Assembly: GCA_951406725.2 (NCBI GenBank) | Contig: OX597814.1 | Location: 219,542,001 to 219,606,000, forward strand | Source of the DNA: Octopus vulgaris | Lineage: Eukaryota | Direction of reading: 5' to 3' | Length of the DNA stretch: 64,000 nt | Notes under the pieces: generated by a model | The model's database searches: none | Told to the model about the DNA's origin: nothing | The model's input: the letters and a program-made list of their open reading frames with translations, nothing else | Part shown: in pieces, positions 1-9,979 of the stretch | Position numbering within the stretch: the stretch's first letter is position 1 | Layout: every line of letters starts with the position of its first letter | Made by a program: the position numbers and the translations under genes

Positions 1-200
1 ACACAAACACACACACATATATATACATATATATATACGACGGGCTTCTTTCAGTTTCCGTCTACCAAATCCACTCACAAGGCTTTGGTTGGCCCGAGGC
101 TATAGTAGAAGACACTTGCCCAAGGTGCCACGCAGTGGGACTGAACCCGGAACTGTGTGATTGGTAAGCAAGCTACTTACCACACAGCCACTCCTGTGCC
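1..200 (-). mobile_element. tRNA-headed CORE-type SINE (family A), 5' part; window starts inside it
   Basis: Reverse strand reads ggcacaggagtggctgtgtggtaag...ggttcagtccc (A/B-box-like) then ccttgggcaagtg (CORE-like); same sequence at 1991, 7209, 19730, 49067, 53787. Confidence 0.85.
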
Positions 201-247
201 ACGTAGGCGTGGTCTTTTTTTTTTTTTATTTTGGTATACTGAGTGTT

Positions 248-515
248 TCATTTACAGGTCTTCTTTGAGGCTTGTCCAGCTGATGTGGGGTTGCAAGGGA
301 GATCATCAGAAAGAGAGGACTTCCTGAGAAGTTCATTTCCAACATGTAGGATATTGTTTTCTTCATTTTTCAGCACTAAGCTAATGTATTTATTTTTTCT
401 GCTGTTGTTTACCAAGAGCTGTCTGAGAGAGACTATGCAACATTCAAAGGCTGTCTGCACTGATCTCAAGCTCCTACCTCTTCCATCTCTTCTTAAGTAG
501 AGCTTGTCAGTATCA
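248..515 (-). pseudogene. Fragment of R4/Dong-like non-LTR retrotransposon ORF (region after the RT)
   Basis: Minus frame reads DTDKLYLRRDGRGRSLRSVQTAFECCIVSLRQLL, resembling the D-RLYLPRxxGGRGL motif of RLE-type non-LTR elements. Confidence 0.6.
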
Positions 516-542
516 TATGTATGTATGCATGTATATACATAC

Positions 543-919
543 GTGGAGGCGCAATGGCCCAGTGGTTAGGGCAGCGGACTCGTGGTCGTAGGATCGCGGT
601 TTCAATTCCCAGACCGGGCGTTGTGAGTGTTTATTGAGCGAAAACACCTAAAGCTCCACGAGGCTCCGGCAGGGGATGGTGGTGATCCCTGCTGTACTCT
701 TTCACCACAACTTTCTCTTACTTCCTGTTTCTGTTGTACCTGTATTTTAAGGGCCGGCCTTGTCACTCTTTGTGTCACGCTGAATATCTCCGAGAACTAC
801 GATAAGGGTACACGTGTCTGTGGAGTGCTCAGCCACTTGCACGTTAATTTAACGAGCAGGCTGTTCCGTTGATTCGGATCAACCGGAACCCTCATCGTCG
901 TAACCGACAGAGTGCTTCC
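543..919 (+). mobile_element. Full-length tRNA-derived SINE (family B)
   Basis: Head ggcgcaatggcccagtggttagggcagcggac...gtttcaattccc; flanking direct repeat atatacatac (533-542, 920-929); near-identical copy at 11161-11544. Confidence 0.85.
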
Positions 920-1139
920 ATATACATACACATGAATGCACACATGCATGTATGTATCTTTTTTCCTGAAGGATGAAGGAGGGAATGTAGAAACGACGCA
1001 TTAAGTAGGAACCACGGAAAAGTGATAAAGGAGTAGGAAGTGCCTGTGACACGATAGAGGTTTCCAACATTGATCTTAAGGTAGTTTTGTGTACCTCAAT
1101 TAAAATAACTTGAATTTCTATTTAAATAAACCAATCTGT

Positions 1140-1767
1140 GCTGGTGGCACGTAAAAAGCACCATCCGTTTGTGGCCGTTGCCAGCCTCGCCTGGCCCCCG
1201 TGCCAGTGGCACATAAAAAGCACCATCCGTTTGTGGCCGTTGCCAGCCTTGCCTGGCCCCCATACCGGTGGCACGTAAAAAGCACCATCCGTTCGTGGCT
1301 GTTGCCAGCCTCGCCTGGCCCCCGTGCCGGTGGCACGTAAAAAGCACCATCCGTTCGTGGCCGTTGCCAGCCTCGCCTGGCCCCCGTGCCAGTGGCACGT
1401 AAAAAGCACCATCCGTTTGTGGCCGTTGCCAGCCTTGCCTGGCCCCCATACCGGTGGCACGTAAAAAGCACCATCCGTTCGTGGCCGTTGCCAGCCTCGC
1501 CTGGCCCCCGTGCCGGTGGCACATAAAAAGCACCATCCGTTCATGGCCGTTGCCAGCCTTGCCTGGCCCCCGTGCCAGTGACATGTAAAAAGCACCCACT
1601 ACACTCATGGAGTGGTTGGCGTTAGGAAGGGCATCCAGCCGTAGAAACATTGCCAGATCAGACTGGGCCTGGTGCAGCCTTCTGGCTTCCCAGACCCCAG
1701 TTGAACCGTCCAACCCATGCCAGCATGGAAAGTGGACGCTAAACGATGATGATGATGATGATGATGA
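1140..1767 (+). mobile_element. 5'-truncated RTE 3' end with eight 62-bp tandem units and (GAT)n tail
   Basis: ggcacgtaaaaagcacc-type motif recurs every 62 bp from 1146 to 1580; same 3' end follows the RT ORF at 22600-23080; candidate TSD aatctgt (1133-1139, 1768-1774). Confidence 0.85.
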
Positions 1768-1990
1768 ATCTGTATCTTGAGAAGCTTGATCATTGTGCAC
1801 TATACTATAAAAATATCCAGACAAAATAATCTGAAACGAAATGTGCGAATAGTCTTTAAAAGCCAATGTTCATGATGAGTGGTTAAGTTCAAAATAATAA
1901 AGAATTTTTTTACTTCCTGGGGTAGCAGAAGGGACAGTGCCCTTGGCTTCAGCAGGACCTTCAACCAAATTTACTATTTGAACATGAAAA

Positions 1991-2272
1991 GCAGGAGTGG
2001 CTGTGTGGTAAGTAGCTTGCTTACCAACCACATGGTTCCGGGTTCAGTCCCACTGCGTGGCATCTTGGGCAAGTGTCTTCTGCTATAGCCCCAGGCCAAC
2101 CAATGCCTTGTGAGTGGATTTGGTAGACGGAAACTGAAAGAAGCCTGTCGTATATATGTATATATATGTATGTATGTGTGTGTGTTTGTCCCCCTAGCAT
2201 TGCTTGACAACCGGTGCTGGTGTGTTTACGTCCCCATCACTTAGCAGTTTGGCAAAAGAGACCGATAAAATA
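1991..2272 (+). mobile_element. SINE family A, 3'-truncated
   Basis: Matches 7209-7500 including the internal (TA)/(TG) microsatellite. Confidence 0.85.
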
Positions 2273-2512
2273 ATTTTTGGTGTATAATTAACATCTTTAA
2301 GAGAATGACCATGAAATTTAATTACGAAGTCAAAGGGTTAAAAAATATTGAAGATTGCTTGACCTGCTTACGTGATATGGTAGCATGTCAGTATTCATAA
2401 CTGCCAAATACCATCACACAATCTAGCAGCCACACTAACAAAAACTCTTACAGATACAGGTATAAATGTGTCTAAATTCCCTATAGAGGCCTGTCTACAC
2501 AGACAGACATAT

Positions 2513-3180
2513 TGATTTTAAATTTTGGCTCAAGGCCGGCAGTTTCAGGGAAGGTGGAAAATCAATTACATTGACTGCAGCGCTCAACAGGTGCTTATTT
2601 TATCAACCCCAAAAGGATAAAAGGCAAAGTTAACTTTGGCGGAATTTGAACCCAGAATGTAAAGACAAATGAAATGCCGCTAAGCATTTTGCCCGGTGAG
2701 CTAACAATTCTCCCTCTAATGATAATAAAAATAATGATTTCTATAATGGTTTCAAATTTTGGCACAAGGCCAGCAATTTTGTGGGTGGAGTTAATTTGAT
2801 TACATCGACCCCAGTGCTTGACAGGTAGCTTATTTTATTGTCTCTGAAAGGATGAAAGACAAAGTGAACCTCGACAGAATTTGAACCCAAAACATAAAGA
2901 TGAATGAATACCATTAAGCATTTTGCCCTGTGTACCGGTGGTTTTGCCAGCTCTCTACCTTATGATAATAATAATCCTTTCTATTAAGGGCACAAGGCCT
3001 GAAATTTTGGGAAAGGGCACAAATCGATTACATCGACCTCATTGTTTCACTGGTACTTAATTTATTGACCCTGAAAGGATGAAAGGCAAAGTCAACCTTA
3101 GCGGAATTTGAACTCAGAACATAAAGACATGAAATGCCACGAAGCATTTCGCCTGGCAAGCTAACAATTCTGCCATCTAG
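2513..3180 (-). mobile_element. Three head-to-tail copies of SINE family C (gcctttcatcctttcggggtcgataaa central domain)
   Basis: Units at about 2513-2715, 2748-2961 and 2975-3180, each with ...aaaggatgaaaggcaaag...gaatttgaac... and separated by (TAA)-rich spacers. Confidence 0.8.
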
Positions 3181-3294
3181 CTGTTTTGACACAGACAGAC
3201 ATATCAATACTTGCACACAAACGTTTGTGTAAGGTGGTATACATTTGTATACCAGCTTTAGATTGGTACACTATTATAAATTCAAAATAAGATA

Positions 3295-3532
3295 TACAGG
3301 GTGGACCAAAAGTAAGTTTATAGTTATTCAACTATCTTTTACATTCATATGATAACTGTTTAGATCTTAATTATAAAAAAAATATGAAACCATTATTCTA
3401 TGCTAATTTAGTTAATTTTGTCAAGCTCCCTTTTCAATTTGTAAGATAGAAATTTGAATGTAATAAAATGTTTTAAAAGAAATTTAAAGTGCTTACGTGA
3501 TAACTGTAAACCTACTTTAGGGCCAACCTGTA
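3295..3532. mobile_element. Tc1/mariner-type MITE
   Basis: TA-flanked imperfect TIRs cagggtggaccaaaagtaagtttatagttat / ataactgtaaacctactttagggccaacctg. Confidence 0.7.
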
Positions 3533-3556
3533 TAGAAGAACTAACGTCTTATACTT

Positions 3557-3790
3557 ACCTATTTCTTTATTACCCACAAGGGGCTAAACACAGAGGGGAG
3601 AAACAAGGACAGACAGAGGTATTAAGTCGATTACATTGACCCCAGTGCATAACTGGTACTTAATTTATCGACCCCGAAAGGATGAAAGGCAAAGTCGACC
3701 TCAGCGGAATTTGAACTCACAATGTAGTGCAGACGAAATACCGCTAAGCATTTCGCCCGGCGTGCTAACATTTCTGCCAGCTCGCCGCCT
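3557..3790 (-). mobile_element. SINE family C, young subfamily
   Basis: Highly similar to 12627-12856, 52876-53100 and 60256-60408. Confidence 0.85.
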
Positions 3791-4069
3791 TATACTTACC
3801 TCAATGCAGTATGCCAGCATGACTGCAGTCTAATGTAATAAGTAAAACCAAAGAAAGTTTAAAGATAAACTCTCATGGAAAAACACATTTATACTCCTAT
3901 ATCTATATAAATATATATTTCAGTAAAAACAATTAAGATTCAAGTGAGTTCCAATGAATTCACATCAATGTGGTACTTAACTTAGATGCACCAGAAATCT
4001 TTATGGTATTAACCATAAAATAATGTGGGGTGATTATAAACAAGAAAAAAGCAACAAGAATGGATTAGC

Positions 4070-4163
4070 TGTTCAGTACAATTGTTTCATACGAAGAACA
4101 GCTTTATTAAAAGCTGCAAATATTGCAGCAAATACAAATGTCCCGTATTCATCAGCCAAAACA
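4070..4163 (-). ncRNA. Type I hammerhead ribozyme motif (left arm of foldback)
   Basis: Reverse complement of the motif at 4441-4534, core intact. Confidence 0.7.
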
Positions 4164-4440
4164 CATATGAGTTTTCCAAACATCCTAGGGGGTGAGGCTA
4201 CACTCATGAAGTATCGAAGAGAGTTCTATGAAAAGCAAAGTTAGATTGTAAGCAGACTTCAAAAGCTCTCTAATGATGCACAGTATTATAAAAGGTTTTT
4301 AAAAAAGTTTGTTAGCTTCACAGAAAACTCATTAGAGAACATTTTAAGTCTGCTTACAATCTAACTTTGAATTTCATAGAACTCTCTTCGATACTTCATG
4401 AGTGTAGCCTCACCCCTAGGATGTTTGGAAAATTCATATG

Positions 4441-4534
4441 TGTTTTGGCTGATGAATACGGGACACTTGTATTTGCTGCAATATTTGCAGCTTTAAATAA
4501 AGCTGTTCTTCGTATGAAACAATTGTACTGAACA
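4441..4534 (+). ncRNA. Type I hammerhead ribozyme motif (right arm of foldback)
   Basis: tgttttgg-CTGATGA(4449-4455)-ATACG...CGTAT-GAAAC(4516-4520)-AATT-GTA(4525-4527)-ctgaaca: full core, 5-bp stem II, palindromic stem III loop, bulged stem I. Confidence 0.75.
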
Positions 4535-4689
4535 GTTAATCCATTCTTGTTGCTTTTTTCTTGTGTATATAAATATATATGTGCACAGAATATAGTTATA
4601 TAGATTTACCCACACACATATATCTTTAATTACACCCTGACAGATGTATATAGAGATGTAACACTAAAAGATTACATTTATCTGTTCAG

Positions 4690-5020
4690 TAGACACACAC
4701 ATACACACACACAAACACACACACACACACACAAACACACACATACACACATACACAGGCGTACACAAACATATACACACATACATGCATCAAATGTGTA
4801 CTTCGATGACATTTACACATACATACATACATACACACACTCTTGCACTCACACACGTTTGCACACTCATGCACCTACAAATATACATGCTTGCGTGTGT
4901 GTGTGTATGTGTGTGTGCATGTATCTATACACATAAATATATATATTTTTTACACACACACACATTTATTACATACACATATGTAAACATATACAAACAC
5001 TCGCACACATACACAAATAT
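4690..5020. repeat. Degenerate (CA)n/(TA)n compound microsatellite
   Basis: Direct inspection. Confidence 0.85.
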
Positions 5021-5423
5021 AGAAGCACTCATGAAGGTGTGCATATTGCATGTGTATAAATATAGCAATTAGTGGTTTAAATCAATTAAAGTTTGTAGAA
5101 AATGACAAAACATTCATTGATGATGGTCCTCTATTTAGTGATGGTGGAACATTCTACATTAGTAGAATGAAATTTATCAGTCAATTATTAATCATTTATT
5201 AATCAAGTAACACTTTAGCAGCTGATTCAGCCATAGATCGTATCAGTGTTATGTTTGGCCTTTGGAGTCTAAAACTGATTGAGTAAACTGCGGAGGTGAA
5301 AATTGAAGTTCCAGACAAATCTAATTTTATGTGTATCTGTGTGTGTCCTTACATATATATACACACACTCGCCCACCTCTGCATATATGTATTTATATAT
5401 ATATATATATATAAATATATATA

Positions 5424-5936
5424 CTAGCAGTATCGCCCGGCGTTGCTCGGGTTTGTAAAGGAAATAACTATATAAGCATTTTTAGAGAGTTACTTCCCTC
5501 ATAGATGCCAATTCGGGCTTTCTTAGCCATTTCTGTTTTGGTGTCTTCAAGCCATGAAGTCGTTGTTCTAAAAGAACGCTGGTCTCCTTGACAACGCTTT
5601 ACGACGTTGATTTCCTTACACTTCCTTCCCCACAGCTTCACGAGGGAGGGAAGAAGGGAGAGAAGCAAACAGGTGCAGGTGTGACCATGGACGCCAACTC
5701 TGCCGCCATCGATGCACGAAAAAATATGCATTAAAATGGAATAAAAAATTATGTTAAATTATTTTTAAAATCATAGACTCATTGTAGACGCGCACTAATA
5801 CTCAGACGGGCTTGATATGAATCCCGACTATAAGATACCCGAATTTGGTTAAACTGCACCGCAAAATGTGGGAGTAGTTAGGAATCTAAATCGAAGGGGA
5901 CAGACACTCACACAACTAGAGTTTTATATATATAGA
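5424..5936 (-). mobile_element. Non-autonomous Helitron
   Basis: Minus strand begins a|TCtatatata and ends cccgagcaacgccggg hairpin-cgatactgCTAG|t; related copies at 17037, 18209, 55726. Confidence 0.85.
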
Positions 5937-5955
5937 TATAGATATATATATATAT

Positions 5956-6026
<71 letters not shown>

Positions 6027-6435
6027 CTCACACACACACATATATATGAAACATCGATTAGAGAACAAACATCAAATTTGAGTTAATCACTTTATATAAC
6101 ACCACGCTTCCATAGATTTGGTCATATAAAAATATTACCATGCCCTTTAACATATAAAGAATACATATATAAAAAACACAGAAGGTAAAAAATATATATG
6201 CAAATAAAAATACAAATATATAGAATGGTCTATCAAGAAGGTATATACAATCAACAAAAAATTCTAAAGCATGTCATGCAACTAAAAATCTAAATAAGAT
6301 ATCAATCGATGAAGAAAAAAATTGTTTTTTTTTACTCCCCTCAATTAAAAATATGTCAAAAAAGTTCCTTTCATAAAAACCATAGAAGATTGGAGTCCAG
6401 GAGCATAAGAGAGATCCACAAAATCAAGTCAAACA

Positions 6436-6520
6436 CATCTACGACCATTTCGGGAGTTCACTGCCCCGGTTCACTTATGATTTAAGGTGCATCTTGGCAA
6501 TGACCCCACTCATCAAGATG
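6436..6520 (-). ncRNA. Degenerate type I hammerhead motif
   Basis: Minus strand catc-tTGATGA-gtggggtcattgcc...ggcagtgaactccc-GAAAt-ggtc-GTA-gatg; long stem II, 4-bp stem I, C3 changed to U. Confidence 0.55.
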
Positions 6521-6619
6521 AACAGGAATCTCAACAATTAGCCATTCATGGGAGTTACAAAATGGCTGCTAACCTAATTTAAAGATAATAATCTATAACA
6601 GAACCAGTCCAAATTTTCT

Positions 6620-6830
6620 AACACACATAATCGATGAACATCAATGGAATTTGTAGTTTTCTGATACCAGTGCCGGTGGCACATAAGAAAACCATCCGAA
6701 CATGGCCATAGCCAGTACCGCATTGACTGGCCTCCGTGCTGGTGGCACGTAACAAACACCATCTGATCGTGGCCGTGCCAGCCTCGCCTGGCCTCCGTGC
6801 CGGTGGCACGTAAAAACCACCATCCGATAT
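6620..6830 (+). mobile_element. Internal piece of RTE 3' UTR (three hairpin units)
   Basis: Matches 22590-22790. Confidence 0.8.
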
Positions 6831-7208
6831 GCAGTGATTTAAATTCATGATACTATTATCCAGAAGATTCCTAATGGTTATGTTTTTTAAATATTGTTTC
6901 ATTAATTTATTAGATGTTCATTCATAGATATAACAATGTAAGTTAATAAAATATATGAAAACTCAATTAAACTTTAGTGCAGTCATTGTTTATACATGCA
7001 ACCTACCTCACATTGTGAACAGTCTAAGAAGAATATATGACTAAGCACCACACTAATAAAGGAAACCAACATTTATGACAAACCACACAGAGGGAATTCA
7101 ACAATTCATCAACAGTTCAGCAGTACAGTTTAATGGTTGGTTCAACCATGATGTTTTGATGATCTGATGAGCTTGCTTCCTTTATTTGCATTAATTTGTG
7201 AATATATA

Positions 7209-7610
7209 GGCGCAGGAGTGGCTGTGTGGTAAGTAGCTTGCTAACCAACCACATGGTTCCGGGTTCAGTCCCACTGCATGGCATCTTGGGCAAGTGTCTT
7301 CTGCTATGGCCCCGGGCCGACCAATGCCTTGTGAGTGGATTTGGTAGACGGAAACTGAAAGAAGCCTGTCGTATATATGTATATATATGTATATGTATGT
7401 ATGTGTGTTTGTCTCCCTAGCATTGCTTGACAACCGATGCTGGTGTGTTTACGTCCTCGTAACTTAGCGGTTCGGCAAAACAGACCGATAGAATAAGTAC
7501 TGGACTTACAAAGAATAAGTCCTGGGGTCGAGTTGCTCAACTAAAGGCGGTGCTCCAGCATGGCTGCAGTCAAATGACTGAAACATGTAAAAGAGTAAAA
7601 GAGTAAAGAG
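7209..7610 (+). mobile_element. Full-length SINE family A
   Basis: tRNA-like head, CORE-like domain, internal microsatellite, (GTAAAAGA)n tail. Confidence 0.9.
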
Positions 7611-8079
7611 TATACAATTGTAGTGTATAATACTGAGCATACATTTTAATGCAAGTATGTATGCATAATTTCTTTCCTATTGAAATTAATACTACATGAA
7701 CCAGGTTACGAAACAGTTGTAATCCTGTGGAAGTCATGTGGTTAAATAAACATGTATTCGCCTCTCATACCTCCCGACGTTATACTTTTTTATATACTCC
7801 CCATGAAATAATTTCATCCATCAGATTTTCTGGAATTTTAGTTACATGGACACTCTACATTACACTTCTTTGTAATTGATTTATGATGTAGACTGAGAGC
7901 TGAGTCTGTAAGAGGAGCTCTCTATGATAGCTGTGCGATTATCTGAACCCAGTGTGTGTGTGTGTATGTGTGTTATTATTCCTAGCTCTCCTGTCTAACT
8001 ACCTTTGTCCAGCCAGCCGCCATGATTGACTGCTAGCCCCAAAAGTTCATTTATTCTCTCTCTGTTTATTTCCTTGTGT

Positions 8080-8202
8080 TCCTTTCTGTTGAAGAGCATA
8101 GGCTCGAAACATAAAATACTTTCTCACCTTCCTGAGCATTAAACTATATACCAGTTTGTTGTTTATTCCCCTGTCTTCGTCTTTTGGTTTTCTGTAAATT
8201 TC

Positions 8203-8205
<3 letters not shown>
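8080..8205 (+). mobile_element. Penelope-like terminal relic with degenerate minimal hammerhead-like motif
   Basis: ctgttgaa-gagc-atag-gctc-GAAAcat followed by cctgagcattaaacta; a diverged reverse copy lies at 18055-18135. Confidence 0.45.
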
Positions 8206-8241
<36 letters not shown>

Positions 8242-9760
8242 CTGGTAGTAATATCTGTCTCAGGTAATTCCTTTTACTCTTTCTTGGGAGCCACATTCAA
8301 AGTATTATTATACATATAATTTACTTCTCCTATATGTGTGTATTTTATAAGAGAAAAACATGTAATAATTGTAGTAGAAAAAAGATAAATTTCATGCATG
8401 AACTTCTGTTTGTTTATATGATTATAACAAGTGAGTTGTATGTGTTATTTTATTTATCAATACATTAATGGCAATTATATGATACACTTCATTTAAATAG
8501 ATAATTTAATTGTTCTTGAATATGATGATAGTAATGGCAAATTAAGGCACTGAAGTATTCATGTTGCATTAAAAGTGAATATATCTTTATAAGCAATGTT
8601 TTTTGGTTTATTTCAGGGTGCACAAGCAAAAAGATTTGGCCATGTGAAAGTATGATTCTTCAAGTTGCAATCTAGTAAATTTTAGTGTTTGGCTCTGACT
8701 TTTATTAATGCTCATGGTAAAAGAAACTCGGATAGGGAACTGTAACCACTTAATTTGGAATGGGACATTAAATAGTATAATTGGTATGTGAGGAATGAAG
8801 ATGGTTTCACCTTTACCACAATCAGTGAGAATATTTGCCTCAACGCAGTTCTTCATAAGTTTGTTCACAACTAGTCTTGTACCAATGCATAATTTTAGTT
8901 GAGACAAATTATGCAATAACATAATAGGAGACCCTTCCTACAGCTGAAGACAACGAGGAGCTGTACCTGGTGATTCTAGTGAGTTCAAAAACTCGATGGA
9001 GTGGTTAACACTATCCTGATCATCAACAACACTGTCAATTGAGTTATAAGTGAATACTTCTCCTGCAAGTTTATTCAATAGCATATTATTAATGTTATTT
9101 ACAGCAACATTTTTTTGAACTAGGATAGCTCGCTCACAGCTCTGATCTGTATTGTTGTGATTATAAAGAATAGTTGGTAAGATTTCAGCCACCAAATCAT
9201 TGATGGAATCAGCTGAATTACATATTGGATTGAGTGTAAGAAACTGTTCTTCATCAATTGCAGCGAGTTTCAAAAGCTGCTCTGCAAATAGTTCAGCTGA
9301 TTGATCTCTTGAAAGCCTCAATCTCATATTTGTCGAAAGTTGAAGTGTTTCCACATGGTGCCATAATACAGAAGACATTATCGAAGCATTGTGCTCATCT
9401 ACTTTCGTTCCTCTTGGAACAACTGGTAGTGTTTGTCGGAAGTCTCATGGAATTACAATTTCTAATGTCTCGTAATGTTCTGTCCACAGCTTCAAAAGCT
9501 TTTTTGTGGGACATGATACATTCATCCCAGACAAGTGACATCTTTGTATTAGTTCACCCGTTCCAGAATTTTTAGACATATGACAAACTGGATCTTCTTT
9601 GTTAGATAAATCTAAAGGTAACTCGAATGGGCAGTTTGATCTCTGGGTAGTAATGTTGCTGCAATCCCAGAAGCAGCAGTTGCTAAAGCTATTTTATTTT
9701 CTTGATGAACTTTAGCCAGGAGAAGTTTAATTACTAATGTCTTCCCAGTACTTCCTAGAG

Positions 9761-9979
9761 CAGTGGTTTTCAACCAGGGTTCCGTGGAACCTTAGGGTTC
9801 CACCAGTACAGTCCAGGGGTTCCGCAAGAAGTTATAAAACTGCTAAAATTGGCAGTAATTTTTAATTCTCCTGTGCAGATATGTGTGCATAAGCCTATTA
9901 ATTAATTCCACAGGGGTTCCTCGAGCGAGTGGAATGTTTCTTTGGGGTTCCGCTCCAGCAAAAAATTTGAAAAGCACTC
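9761..9979. mobile_element. hAT-type MITE inside the Helitron helicase
   Basis: TIRs cagtggttttcaa / ttgaaaagcactc; 8-bp TSD tcctagag (9753-9760) / tcctaggg (9980-9987). Confidence 0.8.

Larger units (their letters stand above)
4040..4564. repeat. 525-bp foldback (arms about 237 bp, spacer about 50 bp), probably a Penelope-like inverted pseudo-LTR relic
   Basis: 4040-4276 is the reverse complement of 4328-4564 with roughly ten differences by eye; each arm carries a hammerhead motif. Confidence 0.9.

Noticed and set aside
543-620. tRNA gene (also 7209, 63473)
   Set aside because: These are tRNA-derived SINE heads that continue into repeat bodies, some with TSDs; no complete cloverleaf was seen
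1140-1600. CRISPR-like array of palindromic repeats with ~37-nt spacers
   Set aside because: The spacers are near-identical to each other, there are no cas genes, and the array is part of an RTE 3' UTR in a eukaryotic genome
1096-1866. 256-aa repetitive ORF and the similar ORFs at 16077, 22352, 45794, 52274
   Set aside because: Antisense frames through the RTE 3' UTR minisatellite
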